DNA of 64,000 bases from Fimicolochytrium jonesii (GCF_025526975.1 NW_026515670.1:1550001-1614000); one strand, 5' to 3'. Positions 1 to 15,744 are shown, numbered from the stretch's first letter. Made by a program: numbers and translations. The notes: a model not told the origin generated them from the letters alone.

Positions 1-1508
1 TTGTGAGGATTGCGGTCGTCTCGTAGGTTTCTTGGCAGCTGGCCATGTAGCCGCATAAAAGTTCCTCGTTGTTGGGCAGTTCCTTGAGCGCGGACTCGAA
101 GATCGCCTGTTTCTTCTCGTGTACTGCCACCCTGAGGTTTCCTTTGTCCTCTTTGTTCAGGAGGAGGGTGTCTTGCAGTTTGATGAGCTCAAGCCATAAG
201 GAAAGGTCTTTTGGGTTCTCTCGCAGCCGTTTATTAGCTTTCGCAGTCTCTTCCGTAAAGTGGGCATCCTCGGAGATCACATCTGACGGGATGTCGGACT
301 TTAAAGCTGGGTCAGCGGCGATAGAGATGAAGTCACCGCTATCGTGTTCTTGTCGGGTCGCATCGTCCTTTGATTTCAGCCTGCAAGACCAATGCGCGCA
401 TAAGCTTCTAATCCGACTGCACGAAAACGGTTGAGACCATGCCTCATCGGAATGCCAGGCTCTTTGAGAACACGTTTGAAATCTTGATATCGCACTTTCT
501 GCAAATGGATGCGACGGTCAGTTGGCAATCCGTTGTATGCTCCACACCTACGTCATGACCAGCAACATTTCGTACCCCCAATCCGTGAGAGCTTGAATCC
601 ATCGGTCTGTACCGATAAACGACAACGTCACGGCTCTTGCGCGTGGCGTATCTGTCGATTCTCCAATCCGACGGAGCACCCAAAACCATGTCTAAAAGGG
701 CATTTCGTTAGACTCCCAAAAGTCGATTGCCCAATCCGCAGGTCGCATTCTCTGAAAGTACCTCCCCAACGCTTGTAGCTCAACGTGGAGCTAGTTCCAC
801 GTTGGTACGCCAAGTTTCGGCGATCGCCTTTCCGATCAAGAACGAAATCGGTCGTCTCGATGACATTATGATATGCCGAGTTCCTACAAAGTCTCAAATG
901 TCAGCCCTTCAGTCGTGTTCCATCAATCCCAACAAATACGCAATCAAACTCACTTATTGAACGTGAACTCCTCCCGCTTCTTTGCATCCCTAGATCTCGA
1001 CCTTGATCTAGACTGGAAACACACGAAAACCGATCAACATTCTATCCCCTCTCCTTCATCCCCTCTCCTCTCCCAAAACGCACATCCGGAGACGGAGATA
1101 AAAGCAACCTACGCGTCTCCTCTTCTTTCCCTCCTTGCGATGGTTCTTCTTCTTCTTCGACGGCTTTCTCCCACCACGGTTCGTCTCCGACCGATCACCA
1201 TCGTCTGAGTCTACACTCCTACTACTGCTCCGTCGCCTCTTCCTATCTGCTTTTCGGGACGGTGATCGCGGACGTCGGGGGGGTGCGTCTGGGACGGGAA
1301 AGGCGGGTGATCTTGAAGGGGGTGGTTGCGGGGGCGGGATTGTTTGGGCTGTTTTGAAGGATGGGAAGGATGGGAGAGCGATTGTGGTGGGGTTGAAGGT
1401 GGAGAATGACGGGAAGGAGGGGAATCCGGCGGGTGTGGTTGATTTTGAGAGTGTTGAGGATGTGGTTTGGACGGTGTCCTGCCCATCCTCGTCCTGTGGC
1501 GTGGTCAT
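1..1508 (-). CDS. NRDE2: NRDE-2-like nuclear exosome/RNAi factor, 5' part (multi-exon, runs off window start)
   Basis: Low-complexity N-terminus, then FVLDRKGDRRNLAY. The minus frame near 60-240 reads NKRLRENPKDLSLWLELIKLQD...EKKQAIFESALKELPNNEELLCGYM, matching remembered NRDE-2 motifs. ATG at 1508. Confidence 0.8.
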
Positions 1509-1787
1509 GGCGAGCAACGAATGCGTGGAACCCGAACGTATTCAAACTCAGATTCAGTTGCGTGGATACCCGAACGGGCATTCAAAAGGTCAACAGCGCG
1601 GCCTCGCTTCTTCCCCGCTTCCCTTCCCTTCCCCTCAACGCATCCCGCTCTATATCTAGTACAGCTGTGCAGGAATATCGCATTGACGGTGTTGGACGTA
1701 CTGTACAACCTGGGGACCCATCCGAAGGAGATCCCGCTCAACTTAACAAGCATAGGAACTAGCGCTCTCTAGTATACTCCCGCATCC

Positions 1788-2924
1788 ATGTTCCTCCGCC
1801 CGGCCCTCCACCGAGCTCTCACCCGCTCCACACGCCACTGCCCCGCCCACCCAAAACTCTTCACCACAACCGCTCCCACACTCGCAACCTCCCCAACCGT
1901 AAAACTCGTCGCCCGCCTCCGCAAAGAAACCCAGTGCAGCATCTCCAAAGCCCGCGAAGCCCTCGCCGCCGTCCCCTCTACCTCCTCCGATCACTACGCC
2001 TCAGCCCTCGCATGGCTCGAAGCGGATCAAGCGGCCTCTGGCCGGAAGAAAGCGGCAAAATTGGACGGGAGGGTCGCTGCAGAGGGGTTGGTGCACGTTG
2101 TGGGAGTGGATGGCGGGAAGAGGGTGGCGATGGTGGAGGTGAATGCGGAGACGGATTTTGTGGCGAGGAGTGGGGATTTTGTGGGGTTGGTGGATGGGGT
2201 TGGGGCGTCGGTTTTGTTTGCTGAGATTGCGGGTGGGAAGGGGGTGGTGAGGCAGTTGGATGTGGAGGATGTGAATGCTGCGCCGGCGTGGCCCTCGTCT
2301 CGGAGCGCGGAGACGATACCTGGTGGCGAGACGGTGCGGGAGACCGTTGTGGCTGCGATTGGGAAGCTTGGAGAGAACATCCGGGTGCGGAGGGCGGTTG
2401 TTACGCGGTTTCCTGGTGAGGAGGATGCCACTGCCACCACATCTGCGACGGATTCGAAGGAGGTGTATGTCGCGGGCGGGTACGCGCATTCCGGCGGGGA
2501 CAGCGTGATCCCACCGGGTTTTGGACGTATCGCTGCCGTCGCCGTGCTCAAAATCGCCAATAACAATCCACAACTGTCTACTGAAACGAGAACGAAACTG
2601 CATCGCTTAGCAGCCCAGATAGCTCAGCACGTCGTCGGGTTCAGCCCCGCCACTATCGCGCCGGTCTCGGCCCCTGGCCCATCCGATTCTGCAAGGGACC
2701 CCGAAGACACCGAAACGACATCCACGGCCCTTCTCACGCAACCCTTCCTCTTCGGCGGGGGCACCGTGCAGGAGGTTCTTGCACGCAACGCGACGGAGTT
2801 GGGACTCGCTACACAGGATCAGCTGGCGGTACATGATTTCCTCCGCTGGGAGTGTGGAGAGGGGATCGAGAAGAATGAGACGGATTTCGCGGAGGAGGTT
2901 AAGAAGCAGGCTGGGTTGGCTTGA
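1788..2924 (+). CDS. TSF1: Mitochondrial translation elongation factor Ts (intronless)
   Basis: Arg-rich presequence, LVARLRKETQCSISKAREAL, GRVAAEGLV, VEVNAETDFVARS, KLGENIRVRR, FLRWECGEG...DFAEEV. Confidence 0.95.
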   Translation: MFLRPALHRALTRSTRHCPAHPKLFTTTAPTLATSPTVKLVARLRKETQCSISKAREALAAVPSTSSDHYASALAWLEADQAASGRKKAAKLDGRVAAEGLVHVVGVDGGKRVAMVEVNAETDFVARSGDFVGLVDGVGASVLFAEIAGGKGVVRQLDVEDVNAAPAWPSSRSAETIPGGETVRETVVAAIGKLGENIRVRRAVVTRFPGEEDATATTSATDSKEVYVAGGYAHSGGDSVIPPGFGRIAAVAVLKIANNNPQLSTETRTKLHRLAAQIAQHVVGFSPATIAPVSAPGPSDSARDPEDTETTSTALLTQPFLFGGGTVQEVLARNATELGLATQDQLAVHDFLRWECGEGIEKNETDFAEEVKKQAGLA

Positions 2925-3572
2925 GATTAGAGATACAGAATAGAAGGAGGGATGTGTATTGTATTAGACGGCTTCCATCAGCGGGAGCAGAGTAAATATG
3001 CATGCATTTGGAAGTAACCGGCGCCGATGAAATCAATCCCAGTTGGCGTAGAAGGCAAAGGGGTTGGGGTTAGGGTTAGGTTTAGGTTTGTTAATCAAAT
3101 GGTTCACTTTGGCTGCGAAAAAGTCTTATTCTTGAGGTGAGCTACCCACCTTCAAGCACGAGTTACCCATTCCTTATAGTCACGGCCGAGCCGAGGGTGG
3201 GCGTTAGTTACAGGGAAGGGGATGATGATGGCATCAAGAGAGAGAGAGAGACACACATCCCTCACATCCTTCAACGAGTAGAACCAGAAAGAAATGCAGA
3301 CAAAAAGATATATGTATGTACACAATCGATGCGAAAGAAAAACACCCTCAACATGTACTGTATCATCAACGGGTTCTCTGATGAAACCCGCCGCCGCAGG
3401 ACGGCATCGCAACAGCAATCATACGCCCTTCTCTTGCACCCGAGGCCAGGCCATCCTACACCACCACCGCCCCCCAAATCCCCCCGTCTGCATGCAACCC
3501 GCCATACGCCGAACCCTCCCGCATCCAAGAAAGAAGTGGATATCAAACCCCCACCCACCCGACTCCCTCCTT

Positions 3573-6500
3573 TCACAAACACCCAAACAAAACACCCAAC
3601 CCGACCCCTTCCCTCTCCCCCTCAGGCGCAACAATGCACTCCACAACATCCCGCGTAACGTGTTTCTGTGCTCGGGCGGCGCGGAGGGCGGGGATGTCGA
3701 GCGCGCGTTGGAATGCCGTTTTCATGGTGTGTGATGCGGTGGTGGTGGTAAGGGCGGGATCCGGCGTGCCGGAGAGACGGTAGAGACATGCGAGCAGGGT
3801 GGCGGCGCGTTCGATGCCGTCCAGGTCTTGCAGATGCTCATAATCTAGAGATAGACAAACAAGATTTTTTGGACCGACAAACAAGATGAAGAGAGTGGAA
3901 AACGTAAGCCGCCACAAATAAAACCCTCATGCAAAAAGGACGGAGTGGAAAGAGAAATGTGCAACGTACCCGCCAATGCCTGTTGAATACTCCCCACCAA
4001 CCCCTTCGCCACCTCCCTAACCCCCTCCCCACCACCCTCAAGCACCCTCCCAAGCTTACACTCCCCCCACAGCACACACCCCTCCGCCCCAACCACCACA
4101 TCCCCGCCGGTCCACACGCTCGGCAACACCTTCTCCAACAACCCTTCCGCCTTTGCATAGTACCCCACCTCGCAGAGACAGGCGCAGAGCAGCAGGGCCG
4201 CGCGGGTGCGGTGGGCTGGGAGGTGGGATTGGGTCGAGAGCGTGAGGGCCGCGAGGGTATGCGGGAGTGCCGACATTGGCGCCGATGCGTCCTACAAAAA
4301 AAAAACGCGGGGTTCATATGCCCTGATGGCGAGAAGATGTGGGTTTGGCCAAGGTTAGAAAAAAACTTACCAGAAACAATTCCGCAATCGCCAACCGACA
4401 CTCGACAACCTGCATCCCCCCGCGTGCCCCCCCACCGCGCCCTAACCACCCCAACAACCCCTCGACCCCGTCCTCCGCCCTCCCTTCGGCCCTACACACC
4501 CACGCCCGCATCACCTCACAGCTGAACAACGCCTCCGCCTCCCGCGTGGGTTCCACAACCGCCTCAAATAACCCCGCATACTGCCTTGCATCCCCCACCT
4601 CCCCCCGTCTCAGCGCGCGCGCAAACAGTATATCCAAGGTGGTAGCGATCCACCGATCCCCCGCAGGCCCGCTCACATACGCCGGCCATCTCTGTTTCGC
4701 CCGCTTCAGCAGCCCACACGCCACGTCGTAATCGCCCTGCCGCGCGTGATGGGTCGCGAGGATACACAGCCCCAGGGGTCCGTCGTCGGAGGAACAATCA
4801 GGTGGCGAACAGGGGAGGGTGTACATTGACGCAAAGAGGTGTGAGAGGGTTGGGGAGCCGTGGTGGGACCAGATGTGGGCGTGGAGGATGGTGAGTGATG
4901 AGGGCGGGAGGGAGTGGGTTGTGGCTAGGTGGGTGGCAAGGGAGAGGTGGTGGAAGGTGAGGGTTGGGGTGGAGAGCTGGGGAAAGGGGGAGATAGGAAT
5001 GAGCAAGCGTTAATTAGGGTTTCGGGGGAGTTGCTAGGTTTTGGAGAGCATGTGGGTCGAATCTCACCGTCTCCAAGAAATGCCGCGCGTTGTTCAGCCG
5101 CGTGAAACTCAGCATGGCGGCCTCCTCCGGGTCCTGGATCTCGTCGAGCGGGTAGTAGCTCTCGAAGCGGAGCGCCGATTGGGCAGGGCCCGAGGCAAGG
5201 GAGCCGTTTCGTAATCGATGTTTCAGGCTGATCGGAGAATAATGCGGGGCGCACAGTTAGGGTTCATGTGAACATGTTCAATGGCGATTCCGACGCAGGG
5301 AGCATACTTCTGCAGAAGATTGAGGCAGGCAGTATCGTGCATGTCTTGCGCTAACGGTATCGCGCGATCGACCGTCTACCAGAGTCATTTCGAAGCATGA
5401 TCAGTAAGTTCATTGGCGAAGGACGGCAAACAGCAACCTCACCTCCAATGCAAGCTGCCTATACCCAAACCGCGCATACACCGACGCCATCGAGAACAGC
5501 GTGAAATGATGCACCCATTTTGTCCCCCTGTCCAAAAAACGTCAACCACCACCCCTGCAATCACTCCTGCCCTCAAAATCCATCAACGTACTCCCCCGGC
5601 TGCTCCTTCATCAAATACATGAAATACCGCGACAAGTTCTGCAATGCCCCTTCGAACTCGCCGGCGCGCATGCAGTTGAGAAAACTAGCCCAGTCGGCTT
5701 TGTTGGCGATTGGGGCTGTGATGTGCGTTTGCATTGAGGTGAGGGTTTGGTGCAGGGCGGCGGGGGTTAGGGGCTCGGTGGAGTCTGTGGGGTTGGGTGG
5801 GCGGTTAGGGATACGGGGCATGGAAAAGGATATGTTTTTTTGTTCCGGCATGGAAACCGGCATTGACCAATGCCGGATAGGTTGGTAGCCGGCACCGGTG
5901 CAAGGAAAAGGATGGGTTTTTACCTTCCATCATTCGAACGTGCGCGTCGATTTGCTGTTCTACGTCTGCGAGGGATAACACTGCAGGGTGGAGAGAGGAA
6001 TAAGTCATCCTGCTCATTCGCCACCACCCACCATTGAGAAGATCCCCATTATGGCGGGCACAACTCACATGGCGGCTTCCTCCCCCCAACCCCATCAGTG
6101 TCCATCATACCACCATCCGCCACCCCCTCATCCCGATACGCCTTCAACGCATCAAAGAACGCATACGCGCAAAACAAATCGTCCTTCAACCGATACCTAT
6201 CCACCATCGCGTTCCTGATGTACGTGCCAAACGGGGAACACACGGTGAACTTTGGGTGTTGGATGATTTTTTCGTCCTGATACACCGGCTTGGTGCTGCT
6301 GTTCATCAGATCCAAGACTTCCAGCATCGTGTTGACGGACTGTAGTGCGTCGTCTAGCCTTGTAAGGAACGCGTCTCGCCAGGAGGTGGTGGTGCTGTAT
6401 ATGGGTTCGCCTGCCTCGTCGGTTTCTCCAGGAATTGGGATTGGTGGAGTTGATTCATCTGGAAGTTGGACCAGGAGATGTTGCAAGGTTCTCTTCTCTT

Positions 6501-6803
6501 CGATTCCCGACTTCTACAAATATAGGCACAATAGAAGATCAATACCGATGAAGATTTTGCAATGAAGATCACTTCGAGACAAGCGTAGCCTACACACACA
6601 GCTGCATGGTCCAACAGCAGCGCAACGATATCATGGCGGGCGCGCCGCGTCACCTTCTCGTAAGGGAACGCGGAGTACGTGTGGTAGAGGACCAGGACGG
6701 CAAAGTGATGCGGAGTGAGAAACATCAGCCGGTCGCCGGATGCGGTGCCTTGTTTGAAGAGGTCGTCGTAGTGGTTTGTAGAGGCCATCGCCGGTGGGGC
6801 CAT
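3573..6803 (-). CDS. APC5: Anaphase-promoting complex subunit 5 (multi-exon; ends approximate)
   Basis: FLTPHHFAVLVL N-terminus, SPFGTYIR, FLNCMRAGEFEGALQNLSRYF and EAIPLAQDMHDTACL, followed by TPR-like helical exons. Confidence 0.8.
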
Positions 6804-7032
6804 CGAAGGCTGTTTCTTCCAGGTTCTGGTTGATTCGAAGAAGCCGTAGATCCGCCCTGACTCCTTTCCGCCGTCGCAAGCCCGTAGAAGCAAGTAGTCC
6901 GGCCAGCAGCAGCACAATGGAAGCTCCCATCCACTGTGGGTGGTGGAGAGACTTGAGAGACGCGCTGTTCTGCCCTCCCCCCGTTAGAAAGCGGCTGCCT
7001 AACAGTGTTTTATCATCAAAGAGGAGCTTCTC

Positions 7033-7089
7033 CAACCTCCTCCTCGTCCATAGACTCGAGAGGACTACGTTCCTCGTCCAGAGCACAAA
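7033..7089 (-). repeat. Short dispersed repeat (~56 bp) also present at 25008-25063
   Basis: The reverse complement tttgtgctctggacgaggaacgtagtcctctcgagtctatggacgaggaggaggttg aligns to 25008-25063 with about 3 substitutions and 1 indel. Confidence 0.85.
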
Positions 7090-7318
7090 GTCTCTGATCA
7101 GGGCGTAAACGTCATTGCGGGCCCGGTTTTCACAATCCGGCCATGCAACCGCCAGACACACATCATATTCTCAGTCCCATGTGAATCAAACCAGGACGGT
7201 CAGCCGAAAGGCGGTCACTCCGCAAAAACGAATATCTCTTCATTTCCCAAATGCTGTACATACAAAACACCCTTCAAGAAAGGGTGGCTTCACCCACCCC
7301 TCATCCGTCAACAGAACT

Positions 7319-9619
<2,301 letters not shown>

Positions 9620-10630
9620 GGTTGAGAGAGGCGCTGTTGGATGGTAGGTAGTGGGAGAGTGTTTGGCTGGGTGATGAGCTGCAAGCTACGATGGGCTCGA
9701 TGGGGGAGGGAGTGTGAAATGGGTCGTCCGCCTTTATCTCGTCTTGGGGAGAGCGAGTTCGAGGGAGTCGCGCCCCATCATCACAATGACGGAACACGAG
9801 AGGCTTTCGGGTGGGCGTCACAAACCGCCGCCTCTCTGGAACGATACTCCGACGGACCGCGAGCCCACTCCTAATCCTTGCGGCTTCGCTTCATCTATGT
9901 ACAGTATTCCGCCCGATGGAGGCACGGAATCAAAGAAACGAGCAAAGAGGCATATCAAGTTGGAAGCGCAATAAGCAAAATCCATGATGATATCGGAGGC
10001 TGCTCATATTAGATATGATAACATATATAACAGCGATGGGGGAAACCTATGCGGAAACCTAGTATCACGCCGGGGACAAGGTCACTTGCAACGGGTGGGA
10101 GTACATCCACCTGCGTCGTTGGCCACACGTCGCAGTCGGCTAAGCTTGGTCTCCGATCTATCCTTCGGTGCTTTGGATCTAGGATCCAGGCATGATCTTT
10201 ACACGTCCGAACCTCCACAGCTTGCCCTCGTTGAGGAGGGTCTCGACGGCCCAGCGAAAGAGACCCGTGTTCCCCTGGTACAGCGGTTGAACGGTGGAAA
10301 CAAAGCAGATTGGACATAAAACTGACTCCTTACACTCTGTAACATACGAAACTGGAGCGCTTCTAGAGCTTTTATTGATAACGCGTTGTTTTTCTACATT
10401 TTGAAGAACCATTCTGCCCGTGCCAAAGGTCTCGTATCATACTCGACCCGGTACTTCCCGCGGTGCGTGAAGCCGGGCACTTTCTTCCAGGATCCCGCCG
10501 GAGCGCCCTCGGCGCGACTGCGGGCGAGTATGATACGAGACCTTGGCACGAGTAGAAACATTCGAATCTCAAGACAAGCAATGGCTCCTTGTCTTGAAGC
10601 ATACGGAGAGAACTTCCAACCCTTCCACCA

Positions 10631-11200
10631 TCACCGCCCGATTCCAAGCAGTCCTCGCTGCGTCGCGCTGAGGATGTCCAGATCCCAATCCCGGTCAGCT
10701 ACCTCTTCACCCTCCTTGTAAGCTGGAGGCGCGATGTTCTTATCGATGGCAGCCAGTTGCGCAGCGACATACGCTGCGTTGTTTCGCGTTGCTGGAAGGA
10801 ATCCGGTGTAGACGACCTCCCTAGTGTCGGCTCCAGAAAGATACGCCGCGGTGGCGTGAGGCAACCTGTTGTCCTAGAACACCACAGAACCTGCCGGGGC
10901 GACCACCGGGCGGCAACGTCGTTGCAGGTCGACATGCTTGTTTCCATTCAGCCTACAGAACTCGCCGCCTTCCCCAGCGGCCGCTGCGGCGGCATGTCCC
11001 TTGAAGTAATCGTCGATCTGCCTATGAAAGCCCGGGACGACCTTGAGACCACCGGACTGCCCGTCGAAATGATCCGTCAGACACACGAGGGACTGGATCG
11101 GTCTCCACTTCGTCAGCCCCTCCCCCTGCAACAGGTAAGGGTCGTGTGGGTTCCTATGCAGATGCAAGCCGAGTCCGCGGAAGCTAGACGCCGACGCTTC
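10631..11200 (-). pseudogene. PhyH-like Fe(II)/2-oxoglutarate dioxygenase fragment
   Basis: GLHLHRNP...IQSLVCLTD...GGLKVVPGFH...APAGSVVF*DNRLPH. In-frame TAG at 10874-10876 where Trp is expected, HxD reads HxH, and no recognisable N-terminal half. Confidence 0.7.
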
Positions 11201-11491
11201 ATGATCCGTGAGAGCCCGCCATGCGTCAGAGAACCACGTACGGTTAGCGACCTTTCCACTCGAGAGCGTCCAGAGAGGCTGATCCAGTGGGTGTCCTTTG
11301 GAATTGTGCCAAGCCATCAGAGTACGGAGCGCTCAGTAAGGGCAGACCCAGCCTGGCAACCTGCCTGGCAACGGGCGGCGCGACTGCGCAAAGGTGTGAG
11401 TATGTGAGCCCTGAGATGTCTGTCCCATAGTCGACAAGCCCTCGTACTCCTGTATCCGAAAAGAGCGCCCAAAACCGTGAGAACCCCCAGC

Positions 11492-13618
11492 ATGTTAGCA
11501 AGGCCCAGCCTTCTCTGCACACAATTCTTACTCTCTCGAAAAGCTGCTTCTGCCTTATCATTCGCCGTCGTCTCCTTATCTCCCAACCGCCGTCTAGCCA
11601 ACTCCGACGCTACTACCCCGAAAGCTCCCACAGCTAAGAAGGAACGACCACCGACCGCCATGTTTGAGAAACTCCTCCACCAAGGTCTTATTTCCCAGAA
11701 GACCTTGGACGCTATCCCGCATACCCACATGACGCCGGTTCAGGAGCAGACTATGTTGCCCATTTTGGAAGGGAGGGACTGGTACGTGCGCTAGACGTTA
11801 TTGGGCAATTGCGGCGAGAGCGGGAAGGACTGAGGCTGAGCGAAGTGAGGATAGACAGGAAGAGCGTATTGCTCGAGGAGAGCTGAGCGCTAGCAAGGCC
11901 TCCTGCGGCGAGCGAAGCGCAATGTGAGCTGGTTGCGCAGAAGGCTCAGCCTCACCGTCCTTGTCGCGAGCGAAGCGAGCAGTACATCTTATAATCTTCG
12001 TATATTCGCGCGCATACTATCGCTGTCATATTCTGCTCCGCGATGTTCTCGCTTGCAGGGCACGCAGGTTCTCATATGTTCGTAGCTTCCCGTGACTTAA
12101 CTAGGTTGTACATGTAGTCTGGCACAAGCAAAGACCGGAACTGGCAAAACGTTGGCGTTCCTGGTACCCAGCATCGAGATCCTGCGGCGCAGACAGAAAA
12201 CCTTCCCGGTAAACAAAGTCGGGATCCTCGTCATCTCCCCAACCCGCGAGCTGGCGATGCAGATTGCGAAAGAAGCTGAAATGCTGACCAAAAACGACAA
12301 GTGGATCGGGATTCAAACCCTTGTTGGTGGTATCGATATGAAGAAGGATTTCCGCGCCTTGCAGGCCAAACCTTTTCAGATCGTCATCTGCACACCGGGA
12401 CGGATCAAAGCGCACTTTGAGGAAGGGACGATGAAAGCGGACTGTAACCAACTGCAGGCTCTGATTCTGGATGAGGCCGATCGGTTACTAGACCAAGGAT
12501 TCCGTCGCGAGATTGAGAAGATCATAGCGTTCTTGCCTAATCGCGCTCAGGTCCCTCGCCAGACGCTGTTGTTCTCTGCCACCATCCCCCAGCAAGTCAA
12601 AGAAATCGCAAGGCTTGCTCTCAACCCGAACTACGAGCACATCTGCACGATTTCTCCGGACGACACTGCTACGCACGACCATGTATCGCAGCATATCATC
12701 TCAGCTCCCGACATGGGCTCCGTACTTCCCGTTACTCTGCAACTGTTGCTCACGCTGCACCGGGAGCAAACATCGAAAATGGTGGTGTTCTTGCCCACCG
12801 CCCGCCTCACGCAGCTGTTCTTTGAGCTGTTCAAGGCTATAACTCGCACGTCTGGCCTTCCTGAATGCTTTGAGATACATAGTCGGAAAAGTCAAGCGCA
12901 GCGTACCAAAACCGCCGCGCAATTCAAAGATGGTGAGTTAGCGCACACCTCACCGCCTTTTCAATTCTTCAAGCCCATACGCAAGATCTCTGACTACAAG
13001 TTTTTTTCTTTCACAGCCAAAACCGCGATCCTGTTCTCCTCCGATGTCTCCGCCCGCGGAATGGACTTCCCGGGTGTCCAAGCCGTCGTCCAAGTCGGCA
13101 TGCCCTCCGACCGCGAACAATACATCCACCGCCTCGGCCGAACCGGGCGCGGTGACAGCACCGAAGGCGAGGGATACCTCATCCTGGCTCCCTTCGAAAC
13201 ACCCCTCCTCAACCTCATCAAAGACATCCCTACCGAACCCCTCCGCATTATCCCTGATCCGCACGCCATAGCCGCTGTCGAACAGGCACTGGATATCGTC
13301 GACATGCAGACAAAGCACCAGGCGTATGCGACCTTTCTGGGATACTACAAACAGATGCTCGGGAAAGTCAAGTTGCGACCCGAAGCGCTTGTCGTGCTTG
13401 CCAATGAGTGGGCGCGGACGTGGGGTTGTGGCAACACACCGCCGCCGATGATGAGGTCGACTGTGAGCAAGATGGGGATGAAGGGGGTCGCGGGGTTGAA
13501 TGTTGTTAGTCAGTTGCCAGGAATGGAGATGGGTAATAGTGGTGGGGGAAGGGGGCCTGCGAGGAGTAATGACAACAGGGCCCGTGGCGGTGCGCCGAGC
13601 GGTCCACCCTCCAATACC

Positions 13619-13664
<46 letters not shown>

Positions 13665-13894
13665 GACCTCGTACCGGCCCATCATCTGCACCCAGCAACA
13701 CCACCAACATCAACAACAAACCCCGTAACCAACCATCAGCTCGTCAACCACGCACCAACACCACCCAACCTGGAGGTAATAACCCACGCAACGCGAAACA
13801 GCACTCTCGTCCGAACACCGGTGGTGGCCGGCCCAGCGCGTCGAGTGAGTCGGCGCCGAAACGGGCTAAGAGGGATCCCCGGGATCAGCTTTGA
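11492..13894 (+). CDS. DEAD-box RNA helicase, Mss116/CYT-19-like, with probable mitochondrial presequence and Asn/Arg-rich tail
   Basis: MTPVQ Q-motif, AQAKTGTGKT formed across intron 11782-12117, PTRELA, DEAD, SAT, ARGMD, HRLGRTGR. Second intron at about 12933-13016. Confidence 0.9.
11782..12117 (+). repeat. Intronic hairpin-repeat family copy (helicase intron 1)
   Basis: GTCCTTGTCGCGAGCGAAGCGAGCAG at 11957-11982. Confidence 0.75.
13617..13663 (+). repeat. (AAC)n microsatellite encoding poly-Asn in the helicase tail
   Basis: About 15 consecutive AAC units. Confidence 0.95.
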
Positions 13895-15610
13895 GTTCAG
13901 GAAACTTTGGGGAAGGGTTAGGTGTTAAGGATTGGGGGCGTAATGCACCCTCTCCAACATATTTAAATTATTGGTTGTTTGCATTTTTGCGATGCGTCTT
14001 TCTGAATCTGGACGTTTGATGTCGGTTCATTTCTATGGCGGACTTCCCAGCGGTCAGCATGTTGAATGGATGTTTGCCAACGAATAATCTGATTACCTTT
14101 GGAATGTGAAAACAGCCCGAGGCGTATTTACACCATCGAAATGTAGAGAGCGTGGGTTGGGACAACTTATGGAGTTTAGCTTCCGTATTCACCAGACAGC
14201 GATGACTTCGTTGCGTTCCCTCCCGACCGACCCCCTCCCGATCTCCTGTAGGAGCGGTAAACGGAAATACGCCTCCTGCCGGGGCGTACATATGAATTCC
14301 TGCGGACGGGCCGAAAAACGCGGCGGAAAGCTGACAGAAGGAGTCGATTTCAACAGCGCTTTTCACAAATGACAGGGTCGGAGCTTGGGACCAAAGCAAC
14401 GAGGCACAGACAACTTCGTCCCGGCCACTCCCACGGTGGCAAAGCGGCGGACTCGGTGCCGTGGTTACTTCCAAACTTCGGAACCTCAGAACCTCGCAAA
14501 CACGAACATGGTCCGGCTGTCAAGTTTGTGCGCATCCGGAGTCCGCCGCATCACAAAAGAACAACCCACCCGGAGGAAGCAGAAAGCTCCGACCGGACAG
14601 TGCAAATGTGGTGGAGAAAAACAAATTCGAGGGGGAGAATGGAGCCCGACCCGGAATTTGGAAATATTCTAGCCCGCGAAAAACTCTCCGTTTGTGGGAA
14701 AACCATCCGAGGACAAAGAAAAAAACCCCGGGACACAGGGGCGGACAATTTCGCGTGTGAAGGGTGAAGGGGACTCTGCACTCTTTTTGACTCCGGAGAA
14801 GCTCCCCCTGAAAACGGTGACATTTCGCGACAACCTGACGCCGCTCCGTGGCTTGCGCGATGAGCGTTTGAGCCTTGCGTGGTGCTTTGCTTGCGGTGAC
14901 TGGTGTGGGGACTGTGCGGCTGAGTGGGGTCAGTGGGGTAGCTGGGCATTGAGAGAGACTTCCTGATGGATACACAGGATGGCGACAATTTGGGACAAAT
15001 CTATGCAAGATAGCCGATAGGAGTTTTTTCGTCCGTCAGGTGCCAGTTCTCCGCGACTACGGTGCAAAGGCTCGCTCGACGTTGGCATCGGTATTCAGCA
15101 AGCGTGTGAAACAGCTTCGAATGAGTTTGCAGCGCACCCATGGATTCGAGCGTGGATTAGGGCGACGGCTCAAGGACTTGTGTGTTGTGTAGTCTTTTTC
15201 GGTCCGACAGCGTTTGACGAGATCTGCCGGGATACTCGGACTGCGTGGATGATTTGGAAGTACACAGAGGAGGCCAACGCCGAAAGCCCAACACTTCGCT
15301 GTAAAGCCTTGCCATCTCGTTTTTGTTGCGACCACCATGCGACAACAATCTTTCCCGGCCGATGGCGCAAAGCTCAAGATTGAAGGCGGATGGGCGTCCA
15401 TTTCGGGCCGCAGGACACATTTGAAGGACCGAATGCGGTATGTTGTTCGGCGATTCGGAGTTTGCGCGGAGAGCGAAGTATTACCCCGACTAGAAGGAGG
15501 CTCTCCTGGAGATCCCTCCAATGCCTTCCTCGGCTAAGCGAGGCCCATGCGGAAGGGTCTGGGGTAAGAACTCCAGCACAATGCAATGCATCGTCTCGTC
15601 CGTCCCCGGC

Positions 15611-15618
15611 TATAAAAG
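15611..15618 (+). promoter_or_regulatory. TATA box of small secreted protein gene
   Basis: TATAAAAG about 130 nt upstream of ATG 15745. Confidence 0.6.
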
Positions 15619-15744
15619 AAGGCGGCGCAACTTCCCTTCCCCCCCATCAACAACACAACGCCATCAACAATACGCACAGATCACTTCCTCCTTCGCAAAA
15701 GCACCCTTGACTTTCAACCCAAGAACCGCTATCCTCGCTCCATC

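Noticed and set aside
2001..2603. Long antisense ORFs over EF-Ts, RPN1, RLC and pol
   Set aside because: Shadow frames caused by GC-rich codon bias.
3061..3090. TTAGGG-like tract (similar short ones at ~19763, 25677, 45563, 62821)
   Set aside because: Only 2-4 degenerate units, so not a telomere or supportable fusion site.
9984..10420. Short ORFs upstream of PGI
   Set aside because: No recognisable motifs or splice structure.
13968..15550. Many overlapping 60-170 aa ORFs
   Set aside because: No codon bias or domain signal; expected by chance in GC-rich intergenic DNA.
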